Below, one piece after another: positions 23,551-34,899 of a DNA stretch of 64,000 nt. Under the pieces are notes generated by a model. It had not been told where the DNA came from and did not search any database. It saw only the letters and a list, made by a program, of their open reading frames with translations. The DNA comes from Mobula birostris (lineage: Eukaryota), in assembly GCF_030028105.1 (NCBI RefSeq), contig NC_092379.1, forward strand, positions 21,305,309 to 21,369,308, given 5' to 3'. Every line of letters starts with the position of its first letter. The stretch's first letter is position 1. Made by a program: the position numbers and the translations under genes.

Positions 23551-23859
23551 ATGTCAAGTCGATACCATCAGTCTACATCACTCCTCCTTGCAACACAGAA
23601 TCTGACCAAAAGATCAGCCTCCTCTGTCTGGTCAAGGACTATCAGCCTGAGAGCATCAGTCAGACATGGTCTACTAACACTGGGGACATCACCACTGGAA
23701 TCAAGAAATACCCAGCGGTGTTGGGGCAAAATTCAAAGTACACGATGAGCAGCTTGCTCGAAGTCTCTGCGGCGGACTGGAAGAAGAATAAAGTCTACTC
23801 CTGCAAGGCAGGGTACAAGCCAAACGAGATTGTGACAGTGGAGATCCAGAAACCTCAAT
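23551..23859 (+). CDS. IgW: IgW CH1 exon (DVKSIPSVYITPPC...EIQKPQ)
   Basis: Acceptor TTTGCATTTCAG, donor T|GTTAGT; C1-set motifs LLCLVKDY, W, YSC; extra Cys in PPC consistent with the light-chain bond. Confidence 0.92.
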
Positions 23860-24808
23860 GTTAGTATGAGACATAATTTTCTCTTAAAAGCTGCATTGAT
23901 CTCAGAGCATAAATCTGGATTAGGAACCTTTGTCAGATAATGTTGGGCACGACAATTAACTCCTTTATTCTACTCTTACAATGGCAGTACTACTCCTCAC
24001 TAAAATGACATTGAGAAAAAATAAGGAATTGATTTGGGGGGAAATGTCCTCCTGAACTCACTGAAACTCAGTATCAGTGGAGGGTGGAGGACATAACTTG
24101 TGCTGATCTGCCTCCATTGTATCCACTCCTTTCGGGAGTCTCTCCCCCCACCCCCCCCCCCCCACTAAACCCTCCCTACAGATCAGCTCCTGTACACATA
24201 CAGAGACTGCTGGCCCATCGTGCCCCTGCACACAGAACAACAATTTAAACTTTACCCCACTCCTCCTGCACTTCCCCTCCCCGACATTCTGCAGCTGCCC
24301 CTCTTCTGGGAAAAACAATCCCTTGTGAATGTGATGAAGGAATCCCCTCCACTGCCTTTCTTTAACCATCTTCTCACAGATCTGAAAAAGCCTTTGCAGT
24401 TACTACAAAATAATGCCCTCCTGTCCATCTGTTCTTCTCCTGATTCAGAGTAAAAATGTGTTTCCCAAACTTGCCAGTGGAAATAGTCCCACACCATGTA
24501 CTCTTGCTCACAGGAGCTGGTATCAGTCATTCTCCAGTAAACAATTAGATCATGGCAGGTCTGCACCTCAACCCCATGACCCACCTCTCTGCATTATCAT
24601 AGCACAGTGGGACACACTGCTGGGAGGCCCAAGTTATACACCCAGCCCTCCCACTCACTGGTGTGAACTATCAGATCATCAGATCAGCTGTAAATTAACA
24701 ACATTCTTGAGAGGGCTGGAACTGGGGAACTTGCCCGGGATGAGGGAGAATAAAGTTCAAAACATGGGCAAAGCAATCACGTACTGACAGATATTAAATG
24801 TGTTACAG

Positions 24809-25108
24809 CTCCGAAGCTCAGCTCCCTTGTTCCATCCCGGGAGGCAATCCACAGTCAAGCAAATGCTGTCCTGGGCTGTGTGATATCTGGATTCTCTCCT
24901 GACAACGTTAAAGTATCCTGGAAAAAAGCTGGATCTGCCCAAGAAGGCATCGTTCTCCCTTCCACTTCGAGATCAGGTGGTGAATTTGAAACAATCGCTT
25001 ACCTGACAGTGCCTGTGCAGGAATGGACCAAGAAACAGAAATATACTTGTGAAGTGAATCACGTAGCTTCTGGTTTCAGTGGTCAGGTCAACATGACGTA
25101 TCAAGAGG
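24809..25108 (+). CDS. IgW: IgW CH2 exon (SPKLSSLVPS...NMTYQE)
   Basis: Acceptor TGTTACAG, donor G|GTGAGT; LGCVISGFSP, VSW, YTCEVNH. Confidence 0.92.
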
Positions 25109-25790
25109 GTGAGTGATATCGGAAGAAAATTTAATTAACTTAGAGTACTAAAATACTGAACTAATACTCCCACACAATTCCTGTCCCTACCGTCAATCTT
25201 GTGGAGTGATGTACAGATGATCTTTGCACTTTGAATCAACTCATATCACCAGCAGCTTTAACCCCATCTACTGGGCAGGAAATGTGTGAGATTAGGTCAC
25301 CTGTCCATTCCGTCTCAATAATTTTAGTTGTCTTTGTTTGTAGTTATAATGAAAATAATTTACTGAGCAAAGCTCACATCCCATGCTTTACCATCTGGAG
25401 AAGATCTCCCTGTTCCCTTTTCACTGTCTTCTCAGTGTTAGTTCCTCAAAAAATATCTCTGCAATTTTGTATTTGCTTCAGTTCCCAGAGTCTGTTTCCA
25501 ATGTTTCCTGAGAGACTCTTCTGTCGATTGTCCACTAACTGAAATGTAGGTGGCTGGATTAATTTTCAATTGATGCCCAATCCTCGAGTTAATGTTGTGA
25601 CCTTGTGTCCTCAGATTGTCGACCAAGTTCAGAGGGCCCATTCTTTTATTATGGCTGACATAACCTCATCCCGAGAGTATATGATGTACAGAGGATAGAA
25701 AGTGGGAATATGTGGGGCTCCCTTTTTTCCAAGCATGGGAAAAGATGTGAAAATATCTAACATTTAAATCTATGAATCTTCCATTTCCAG

Positions 25791-25921
25791 GTGGAAAATC
25801 TCCCGGCTGTTTTTCGGAGCCTGTGCCAATGTTCTTTTACCAGAGTAATCTCAATGCAACATTCTCCGATGGTTCGACCCAACAGTATCATTGTTCAGCA
25901 GGAATGTGTGAAATGAAGTGA
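25791..25921 (+). CDS. IgW: Short-form Cys-rich secretory tail exon (GGKSPGCFSEPVPMFFYQSNLNATFSDGSTQQYHCSAGMCEMK*)
   Basis: Acceptor TTCCATTTCCAG in phase 1 with CH2, 3 Cys, N-glycan site NAT, TGA 25919-25921, ATTAAA at 26001. A Cys-rich tail after CH2 is the known hallmark of short IgW. Not in the ORF track. Confidence 0.85.
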
Positions 25922-28683
25922 TTGGCTGTGTACAATTCGTCATTGAATTTTATTACAATTCATTTACTGGATTCCTGACCTGCCTCTGGTATCCATTGGG
26001 ATTAAAGTTTAACAGAGAGAAGAAAACACATGATCAAAACAGATTACCTCTCCAATCGCATTTCGACTATCTTTGTGGCCACCTATTTCAACTTGACTTT
26101 CCATATTGTCTGTCCATGGCCCCCTCTACTGCCATGGTGTGGCCAAAGTCAGCTTGGAGTAGCAACACCTCAAAATCCATCCGGATACCTGCCAACCTGA
26201 TTCCATGAATACACATTCCTTAACTTCCAGTAATCTTCCCTCACTCCTTTATTCTCCCTTTTTTTCTATTCCCCATACTAGATACCCCCTCATCCCTTCA
26301 CTTCTCCTCACCTGCCCATCATCTCCATTGTCTCCCCTCCTCCTGCACTTTCCTCCATGGTCCACTGTCCTGTCAGATTCCTTCTGCTTCAGCCATGTAT
26401 CTCTTCCACTTATCCCCTACCAGCTTCTTACTTTATACTCATTCCCCCATCCACACACTTTCCCCCTCACCTGCTCTCACCTCTCATCTGACAGAATGTA
26501 TTCCTCTCCACACCACCCACCTCTTATTCTGGCTTCTACCCCTTCATTTCCAGTAGCGGTGAAGCCACTTGGCCCGAAAGATTGGCTGGTTATTCCCCTC
26601 CATGGATGCTGCCTGACTTGCCAAGTTCCTCCAGCACTTTGTGTGTGTTGTTCAAGATTTCCAGCATCTGTAGAATCTCTTGTGTTTCTGGTTGTCCATA
26701 CACTCATTCATTTCTGTACATTGTTGCTTCAGTGTGACTCAGATCACAATTCTTTTTTCCTCGGCTAGATTCCCTCCTGTCCAACTCCAGTGAGCAAGAA
26801 CTGGAACCTCTTTTTCACCGAATGGTTGTGAAGCACGAGGTGATGAAGGTGAACGGGGCTGAAATTCCAAATTGACTCAGTCAAATGATGGATGACCGTT
26901 TGATAAGACAAATTGCTGAGACAAGACACAGGGGTCTAACCAGTCTCCTGTCCAATCTGACATGCTTTGTGTGTAAATTCTGGATCAGACAAATTGCAAA
27001 ATTTACATTGATCCACATGTCGGACAATGAATTCAGTCTGAGAGGGAAACTCAATGATCCCAAGTAATGTTAGAAAGGTGTATGTTTTGATAGAATTACC
27101 CAAGCATTGACAGAATGATATGCTTCTTGTTGAATAATACCATCATTCAGCAATAGGGGAACATTTCCCAGGGACTGCTGAACGTCAAGTCAGGCTGATA
27201 TGGGACATAACTGAGAAACCTGCAGAAAACATGTTTAACAACATCACAGTGCTGATTAAGCTAAGATTCACAATTAAGTGACCCTTCAGTGTAGACCTAG
27301 ATGTGCATATTTGTGATATTACATGACAACAATGATCATCTAGACTACACCCACTGACTTTCTGTTTAAAAAAAATTGCTCATAATCTTACTGAAATGAG
27401 AAAGGTTAAGGAATCCACATCATACCTTGTCGGATGATCCGACCCAGTCAGACTGGAACTGTGTGTGCTACATCTGCTCTTTCGTCAGACAAAGACACTG
27501 ACTCGCAGTCTCATTGAAGGTGTCAACCATGACATAAACACAATCAGCCTCCACACTAAATGTCAAAGAGCAAAAACACCCCACGTGCCTGAAGGTGACC
27601 GAGTGTGTAAATGGTGAACACAAAGTGCAGGGAGCTGCAATGTAAGTGAACTGACGATCGTGCAGTGGGAGACGACCTCAACGATTTCACTTGAGTGCAA
27701 TCACACAAAACTGACTCTAACCAGAGTACAGGTGACCCAACACTTGATCAAAGAGCTGTTTTATTCATTTATCATTTCCCATCAATCACTGATCTCTCCG
27801 GAACTGAGGGACTTGCTGCCTCATTCCTGATGGTGATTCAGCTCCAGCCGTGTTGCTGCAGGTCTGGAGTCACAAACCAGCCAGACCAGATGAGACTTCT
27901 CTCCGGAAATTACCACAGAGAATAACACTACAAATACCTCCGTAGTCTTCTTTTTATTCCAAAAAACGTTTCTGAATTGAATTTAAACTCCCATCCACCG
28001 GGTTGGGATTTGAACCCACTTTGCCAGCTCATCAGTCCCTAACTTATGGATACACTCTGACCACGGCTGCTCATTTCAAGTGAGACAGAGACTTCAGTGT
28101 TTGTCAGCAAGAATGCTAAAACCACAGGCACCAGCAGAAGTAGTGCAGTGTATGAGTGAGCAGAGTTGAAAGAATACGATGTTGTCTGAAGCTCGTGTGG
28201 GTGGTGAGGGTTACAGAGACGAGGAGAGGCACAGCCACAGTGAGACTGGAACGTCGGGATGTGAAGTTATTAAACTGAGTGAATCCCAGTCTCAGCCCAC
28301 ATGGAGAAAGGGATTCTCATTGATTCACAGTGCTCACTGTTACTAATCAATGCACTGAGTCTCCAAACAAAGAATATACTGAGCTGTGTCTCTGCTGAGA
28401 AATCTGCATGCTTCTCTGTCTCACAGAGCTCCGTCTCACAGTGAACCGATTGGTACAGTTATTAGAAAGGGATTCTAAACCTAGTTAACACATTATTTGT
28501 TCTGATTTACTTTTCTGAATCAAAACTTACAGGAATATGAGACATGTGATTCAGCCCTGGGTGTTTCTGTTATTCTGTTTGCATTAAAACCAGTTGTCAT
28601 GTACTGATGATCTGTCTAGACCTAACACAACCAATGGAAATATCTCCAGTAAGATTCTGAGCATTTCCATTTTGAATCCACAG

Positions 28684-28986
28684 AATTGTCTGTCTTTATT
28701 CAAACTCCCGACGTTGAAGAGATGTGGATCAACAAGACTGTGACATTGAAATGCACGGTTATCTGTACAGATCCTGAAGATATCCACATCTCTTGGCACG
28801 TGGGCGGGAAGGAGAAAACTAAAGGAATTCTCACCCACCCAGTGGAGAGGGACAGGTCCCGATACAGAGTGCTCAGCGAACTCCAGATCAGTGTGGAGGA
28901 GTGGTTCAGTGGGGTGGAGTACGAGTGCTCTGCTCAGGAATCTCCTTCATCTTCCCGAGTGTCAGCACGGACCAATAGTACCAAAG
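28684..28986 (+). CDS. IgW: IgW CH3 exon (ELSVFIQTPD...TNSTK)
   Basis: Acceptor AATCCACAG, donor G|GTGGGC; LKC, ISW, EEWFSGVEYEC. Confidence 0.92.
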
Positions 28987-29074
28987 GTGGGCAAGAGACC
29001 AGTGATTAAATGGCCAGCATTAGTTACCTGAGTCAAAATGTTTGATATTTCCTTTGTTTTCTTGTCTACTCCAG

Positions 29075-29392
29075 TCAACATAAAAAATCCCAAGGTCAGA
29101 CTGCTGCCTCCTCCTCAGGAAGACACCAAGAACTGGAAAACAGCCACACTGGAGTGTGTGGTCTCTGGATTCTACCCGGATCAAATAAATATCACCTGGG
29201 AGAAAGGCAGCACCGTGATCACCTCCAACACCAGCGCTACACCGGCCGCTCTGGAGCAGGGGTGGACTTTCAGTGCCAGACACTTCCTCACCATGAATTT
29301 ACAGGATTGGAAGACAGAATCCATCTTCACCTGTACAGTGATTCATCCCCCCTCCAATAGCAGTATCAAGAAGCAAGTGAAGAAGGTCCCAG
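29075..29392 (+). CDS. IgW: IgW CH4 exon (VNIKNPKVRLLPP...KKVP)
   Basis: Acceptor TCTACTCCAG, donor G|GTAGGG; LECVVSGFYP, ITW, FTCTVIH. Confidence 0.92.
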
Positions 29393-30641
29393 GTAGGGTC
29401 CTGGAACTCAGCCCATTATTGAAATTGTTCACATTAGGCTATGAATTCAAGTTCAATATAAATCACGGTACAGCCCTCGCTTAGTTAATGTGGTGAACTG
29501 ATAAAGTTCGAAGTACAAAGTACATTTATTATCAAAGTCTGTGCACCATATACAACCTCGAGATTCTCTTGCAGGCAGTCACAAAACAAAGGAAGATAAT
29601 AAAATTCAGAGTCAAACATTCAATGCGTGAAAAAGAAAGAACAAATTGTGCAAACAATAAAAAAATTCAAACAAACAATCCACAGAAACTGAACCGCAGA
29701 GCCCCCTGAAGTAAGTCCACAGTCAGGTTGCCAGTTCAGCACTGCAACCGGTCCAGGAGACCGATGGCTGCAGGCCACGGCCGTGGAGCCAGGCTCAGTG
29801 CTGAGGTGAGTGCCGATGGCTGCAGGCCGCAGCTGCAGAGTCAGTTCAGTGCTGAGGCGAGTGAAGCCTCATCGAGAAGTGAGCTGAATACTGGTTTGTC
29901 CATTGACTCAGCCTCAATGCCTTCATCTTTTTGACCTCTCTTGGCACTTAAATCGGCCAATCATCGGTTTATTTTCTGCTCTCAACCAACATAATCCACA
30001 CTTTCACCATAGAAATAAGAGTATCCCAGAAAATACTTTCATAACTGGAGGAGAATCCAGGCCATTTCACTCGACAGACTCTCTGGAACTCGCTGATACT
30101 CGTCTTCAAAATGCTCCTTCCCTCTACCTTTGAACCTAACCCCAGCCTCCGATCAGTGCCTCAGATGTGACTGAATTTCCAGCAGAGCAGCTCTCCCTCT
30201 GCTCCTGTGTGGGAATAGTCAGCCTGGACAATGTGTAGAAGCCTCAAGAGGGCGGCCTGAACACATTACATTCTGACAAAGCAGCAGCAAATGTTAGTTA
30301 CACCTCATAGAAAAAAAGAGTGCATTTTAATATTTGTGACAAAAACTAATCATTTCTCATAAATTTTGAAATATGAAGTGTATTTTCTGGAAGATTTTCA
30401 CGTGAAACTTTGCTCTGTTTCCTGTTCCACTGACATACTCTGAATTACTGGGTATTTTCTGTATTTGTTTTAATAACTGGTTGGTAACAGTTTAAGTGAC
30501 CAGGGAACTACAAAAACAATGTAAGGGCCAATCTTTTTCATTTACGTTCCCTCAGGGTATTTACTCTGTCTGCTCAATAAGGGAGATTCCTTTCTTCATC
30601 AATGTAGATTGCTCTCATCTCAGCTTGAGGGGACTGACAAA

Positions 30642-32786
30642 TCATTGACCAGAAATTGTGAATTGGGATGAAGTTTTTGCAGGGAAATATACTATGGACA
30701 TGTGGTCGATGTTTAGGGATCTGTTGCAGGATGTTAGGGATAAATTTGTCCCGGTGAGAAAGATAAAGAATGGCAGGGTGAAGGAACCATGGGTAACAAG
30801 TGAGGTGGAAAATCTAGTCAGGTGGAAGAAGGCAGCATACATGAGGTTCAGGAAGCAAGGAACAGATGGGTCTATTGAGGAATATAGAACAGCAAGAAAG
30901 GAGCTTAAGAAGGGGCTGAGGAGAGCAAGAAGGATGCATGAGAAGGCCTTGGCAAGTAGGGTAGAGGAAAACCCCAAGGCATTCTTCAATTATGTGAAGA
31001 ATAAAAGGATGACAGGAGTGAAGGTAGGACCAATTGCAGATAAAGGTGGGAAGATGTGCCTGGACGCGGTGGAAGTGAGCGAGGTCCTCAATGAATACTT
31101 CTCTTCAGTATTCATCAGTGAGAAGGAACTTGATGATGGTGAGGACAACATCAGTGAGGTTGATGTTCTGGAGCATGTTGATATTAAAGGAGAGGAGGTG
31201 TTAGAGTTGTTAAAATACATTAGGACAAATGAGTCCCCGGGGCCTGACAGAATATTCCCCAGGCTTCTCCATGAGGTGAGGGAAGAGACAGTTGAGCTTC
31301 TGGCTAGGATCTTTATGTCCTCGTTGTCCATGGGAATGGTACCCGAGGATTGGAGGGAGGCGAATGCTGTCCCCTTGTTCAAAAAAGGTAGTAGGGATAG
31401 TCCAGGTAATTATTGACCAGTGAGCCTTACGTCTCTGGTTGGAAGGCTGTTGGAAAAGATTCTTAGAGATAGGATCTATGGGCATTTAGAGAATCATGGT
31501 CTGATCAGGGACAGTCAGCATGGCTTTGTGAAGGACAGATCACGTCTAACAAGCCTGATAGAGTTCCTTGAGGAGGTGACCAGGCATATAGATGAGGGTA
31601 GTGCAGTGGATGCAATCTACATGGATTTTAGTAAGGCATTTGACAAGGTTCCACATGGTAGGCTTATTCAGAAAGTCAGAAGGCATGGGATCCAGGGAAG
31701 TTTGGCCAGGTTGATTCAGAATTGGCTTGCCTGCAGAAAGCAGAGGGTCATGGTGTAGGGAGTACATTCGGATTGGAGGGTTCTGACTAGTGGTGTCCCA
31801 CAAGGATCAGTCCTGGGACCTCTACTTTTTGTGATTTTTATTAACCACCCGGATGTGGGGGTAGAAGGATGGGTTGGCAAGTTTGCAGACGACACAAAAG
31901 TTGGTGGTGTTATGGATAGTGTAGATGTTTGTTGCAGATTGCAGAGAGACATTGATAGGATGCAGAAGTGGGCTGAGAAGTGGCAGATGGAGTTCAACCC
32001 GGAGAAGTATGAGGTGGTACACTTTAGAAGGACAAACTCCAAGGCAGAGTACAAAGAGTACAAGGCAGGATACGAGGAAGTGTGGAGGAGCAGAGGGATC
32101 TGGGGGTACATGTACACAGATCCCTGAAAGTTGTCTCACAGGTAGATAGGGTAGTTAAGAAAGCTTATGGAGTGTTAGCTTTCATAAGTCGAGGGATAGG
32201 GTTTAAGAGTCGCGGGGTAATGATGCAGCTCCATAAAGCTCTAGTTAGGCCACACTTGGGAGTACTGTGTCCAGTTCTGGTCGTCTCACTATAGGACGGA
32301 TGTGGAAGCATTGGAAAGGGTACAGAGGTGATTTACCAGGATGTTGCCTGGTTTAGAGAGTATGCATTATGATCAGAGAATAAGGGAGCTAGGGCTTTAC
32401 TCTCCAGAGAAAAGGAGAATGAGAGGAGACATGATATAGGTATACAAGATATTAAGAGGAATAGATAGAGTAGACAGCCAGCGCCTCTTCCCCAGGGCAC
32501 CACTGCTCAATACAAGAGGACATGGCTTTAAGGTAAGGGGTGGGAAGTTCATGGGGGATATTAGAGGAAGGTTTTTTTCACTCAGAATGGTTGGTGTGTG
32601 CAATCCACTGCCTGAGTCAGTGGTGGAGGCAGATACACTAGTGAAGTTTAAGAGACTACATAGACAGGTATATGGAGGAATTTAAGGTGGGGGTTTATAT
32701 GGGAGGCAGGGGTTAAGGGTCGGCACAACATTATGGGCCGAAGGGCCAGTACTGTGCTGTACTGTTCTATGTTCTATGTTCTATGT
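30642..32786 (+). mobile_element. 5'-truncated CR1 LINE (RT) in CH4-CH5 intron
   Basis: ORFs 30658..31416, 31420..31758, 31831..32127: SPGPD, QHGFVK, DFSKAFDKVPH, FADDTK; 3' tail (TTCTATG)n ending 32786. Confidence 0.92.
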
Positions 32787-32870
32787 AAGTGAACAGGAAA
32801 TTCTGGCCTTGTCAGTGACAAACTCGTCCATTGGAGAATGGTGGAATAGTAATTGTGATGTTTCTCCCAG

Positions 32871-33191
32871 ATGACTGTCCAGACACCCGCCCCTCTGTCA
32901 CTTTAAGCAAACCTTCCTTCAAAGAGATCTGGACAAAGAGGACAGCGACCATTGTGTGTGAGGTGGTTCACAGTGATTTACAGGGATTCAGTGTAACCTG
33001 GCAGGTGGACGGAAGGAAGAGGGAAGATGAGGAGAAGACTCTGGGTCCAGACAGCAACGGAGGTGAAGACATGATCACCAGCAGACTGACAGTCCCTACT
33101 GCGGAGTGGAACAGTGGGGCTGAGTACTCATGTGTGATAGAGGACAAGAGTTTGCCAACACCAGTGAAGAAATCCATCAGGAAGGACACAG
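32871..33191 (+). CDS. IgW: IgW CH5 exon (DDCPDTRPSV...IRKDT)
   Basis: Acceptor TTTCTCCCAG, donor G|GTACGT; IVCEV, VTW, EWNSGAEYSC. Confidence 0.92.
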
Positions 33192-33845
33192 GTACGTGTG
33201 GACAGAATTCAGTGTGAATCTGATCTTAGCAATTTGACAGATTTATCACCATCCAGCACTGTGATAGACTATAGAAAATGAGAACAGGAGCAGGTCACGG
33301 GGTCTCTCAATCTGCTCAACCATTCAATCTGGTTTTGGCTGATCATCTAAATACAATCCCTTTCCCTTTTTCTCCAGATATCCTTTGACCCATTCACCCG
33401 AAGAAGTATATACAACCCATTCTTGAATATATTAGATGATAATTCTTCAAGTGCTTTCTGTGGGAGAGAGTTCCACAGGTTCTCACTCCCTCTCCCATGT
33501 ACACAGCTTAGACTGCCACCCCTGCTCCAGGGGAGATGGAACAAACAGCACAGGATGATGCAAGTCCAGGGGCTGAGTTCCACTTTCTGTCGAGTTGCTG
33601 TGTTCAGTGACTCCCATTGATTAAACTGAATAGACTAACCTCACTGGGAGCTGTAAAATGCAGCAGGTTCAAGATTTCCACTCCACAAATCCCAAAGATG
33701 AGCAGAAAGTGAAAAGCCTTCAATTTCAGATCAAGTGAAGCCTCTCAGATTTAGAAATTGTTCATGTTGGTGCAAGACCAGAATGTTTCGGGTAAATAGG
33801 GAATTATTGGAAGATTCATTCTAACTGAGATTCTCTCTGTTCCAG

Positions 33846-34231
33846 ATACTGTTGTGACTTGTCCTCATGTCTACCTCCTCCCCACTTCATTGGATGAGGT
33901 AGACACCGATCAGACTGTGACCTTGATGTGCCTGGTCACCAAGTTCTCTCCCACAGACATCTATGTGGCCTGGAAGGCCAATGACACCCTTCTGAAGACA
34001 GGGTTTGTGAACCAGCCAGTGACCAAGGACCCCAGAAAAGGCTGGAACACAATGACCAGTCAGCTGAAGGTTTCTCCTGAGGAGTGGAATAGCGGCACCA
34101 CTTTCTCCTGTGTGGTGGGTCATGAGTCGCTCCCAACCAACCTGTTCCGAAGCATCAATAAATCTCACAGTAAACCCACCCTGGTCAATGTCTCACTCGT
34201 TCTGACTGATAGTTTTAAATCTTGTGTGTAA
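33846..34231 (+). CDS. IgW: IgW CH6 exon with long-form secretory tail (KPTLVNVSLVLTDSFKSCV*)
   Basis: Acceptor TGTTCCAG; LMCLVTKFSP, VAW, FSCVVGHE; tail with NVS site and penultimate Cys; internal phase-1 donor CAC A|GTAAAC at 34170; AATAAA at 34352 and 34526. Confidence 0.93.
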
Positions 34232-34899
34232 TACTGTGTGATTCAATCCATGAAACCCTAGTTTTGTTAGTTTTATAATTATTAATTATCACAGAGGATT
34301 ATTTAGCTCATTAAAACATGTTTAAAATCTGGACCTTTTAAAATAATTAAGAATAAAATTAAGATCAAGAACCAAATTAATGAACAAACATGATTCACCT
34401 CAAATCTCTGAGTTTGTACGTATCGCCTAAGACCTTCTTCTGCCATGATTGAATGGATTTCAAACCCGTGTGGGAATGCACAATGTATTAAATCTTTGTA
34501 TGTATCAATGTACCGATCCAAATTCAATAAAAGTGATGTGAAAATGTTTTAGCTGTGATTTTTGGAGACGGGAAATAAGAAACCTTTGACATAAGGTGTG
34601 CTAGGTGTCACACATTCGGGTAGAAATAGGTGTCTTTGTATCTATGGTGTCTAAACCCTTCCTGCATGAGGAGTCCCAGTGATCAGCAGTCAACTGATGG
34701 TCAGAGAAATTAGAACCTATGGCCATCTGACAAAGAGGTGAGAGTGCCAACCACTGACCAGACAATATATTTGTGTCAAAGATGTCGGATCACTGTTTGA
34801 GGGCCCCTTGTCCCCAATAAGTTTGCTGCTGCTCACCTGGTGTCTGTGTGATGCTAACTAAATGAAACGTATCATTGTTGGGAACTGTTCTGTTGTAAT

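Noticed and set aside
26769-26875. Good acceptor with short open phase-1 frame (DSLLSNSSEQELEPLFHRMVVKHEVMKVNGAEIPN*)
   Set aside because: No similarity to tail, TM or Ig motifs; cryptic acceptors are common. Would need RNA evidence.
24603-28445. Isolated CACAGTG heptamers (~24603, 28236, 28325, 28437; also 6554)
   Set aside because: No nonamer at the correct spacing; frequency compatible with chance.
29393-29484. CH4 read-through as a separate secretory tail
   Set aside because: The GT donor is intact, the peptide has no tail features, and it enters repeat-like sequence.
30556-30669. Acceptor with open frame in the CH4-CH5 intron (YLLCLLNKG...)
   Set aside because: Runs into the CR1 and has no recognisable motif.
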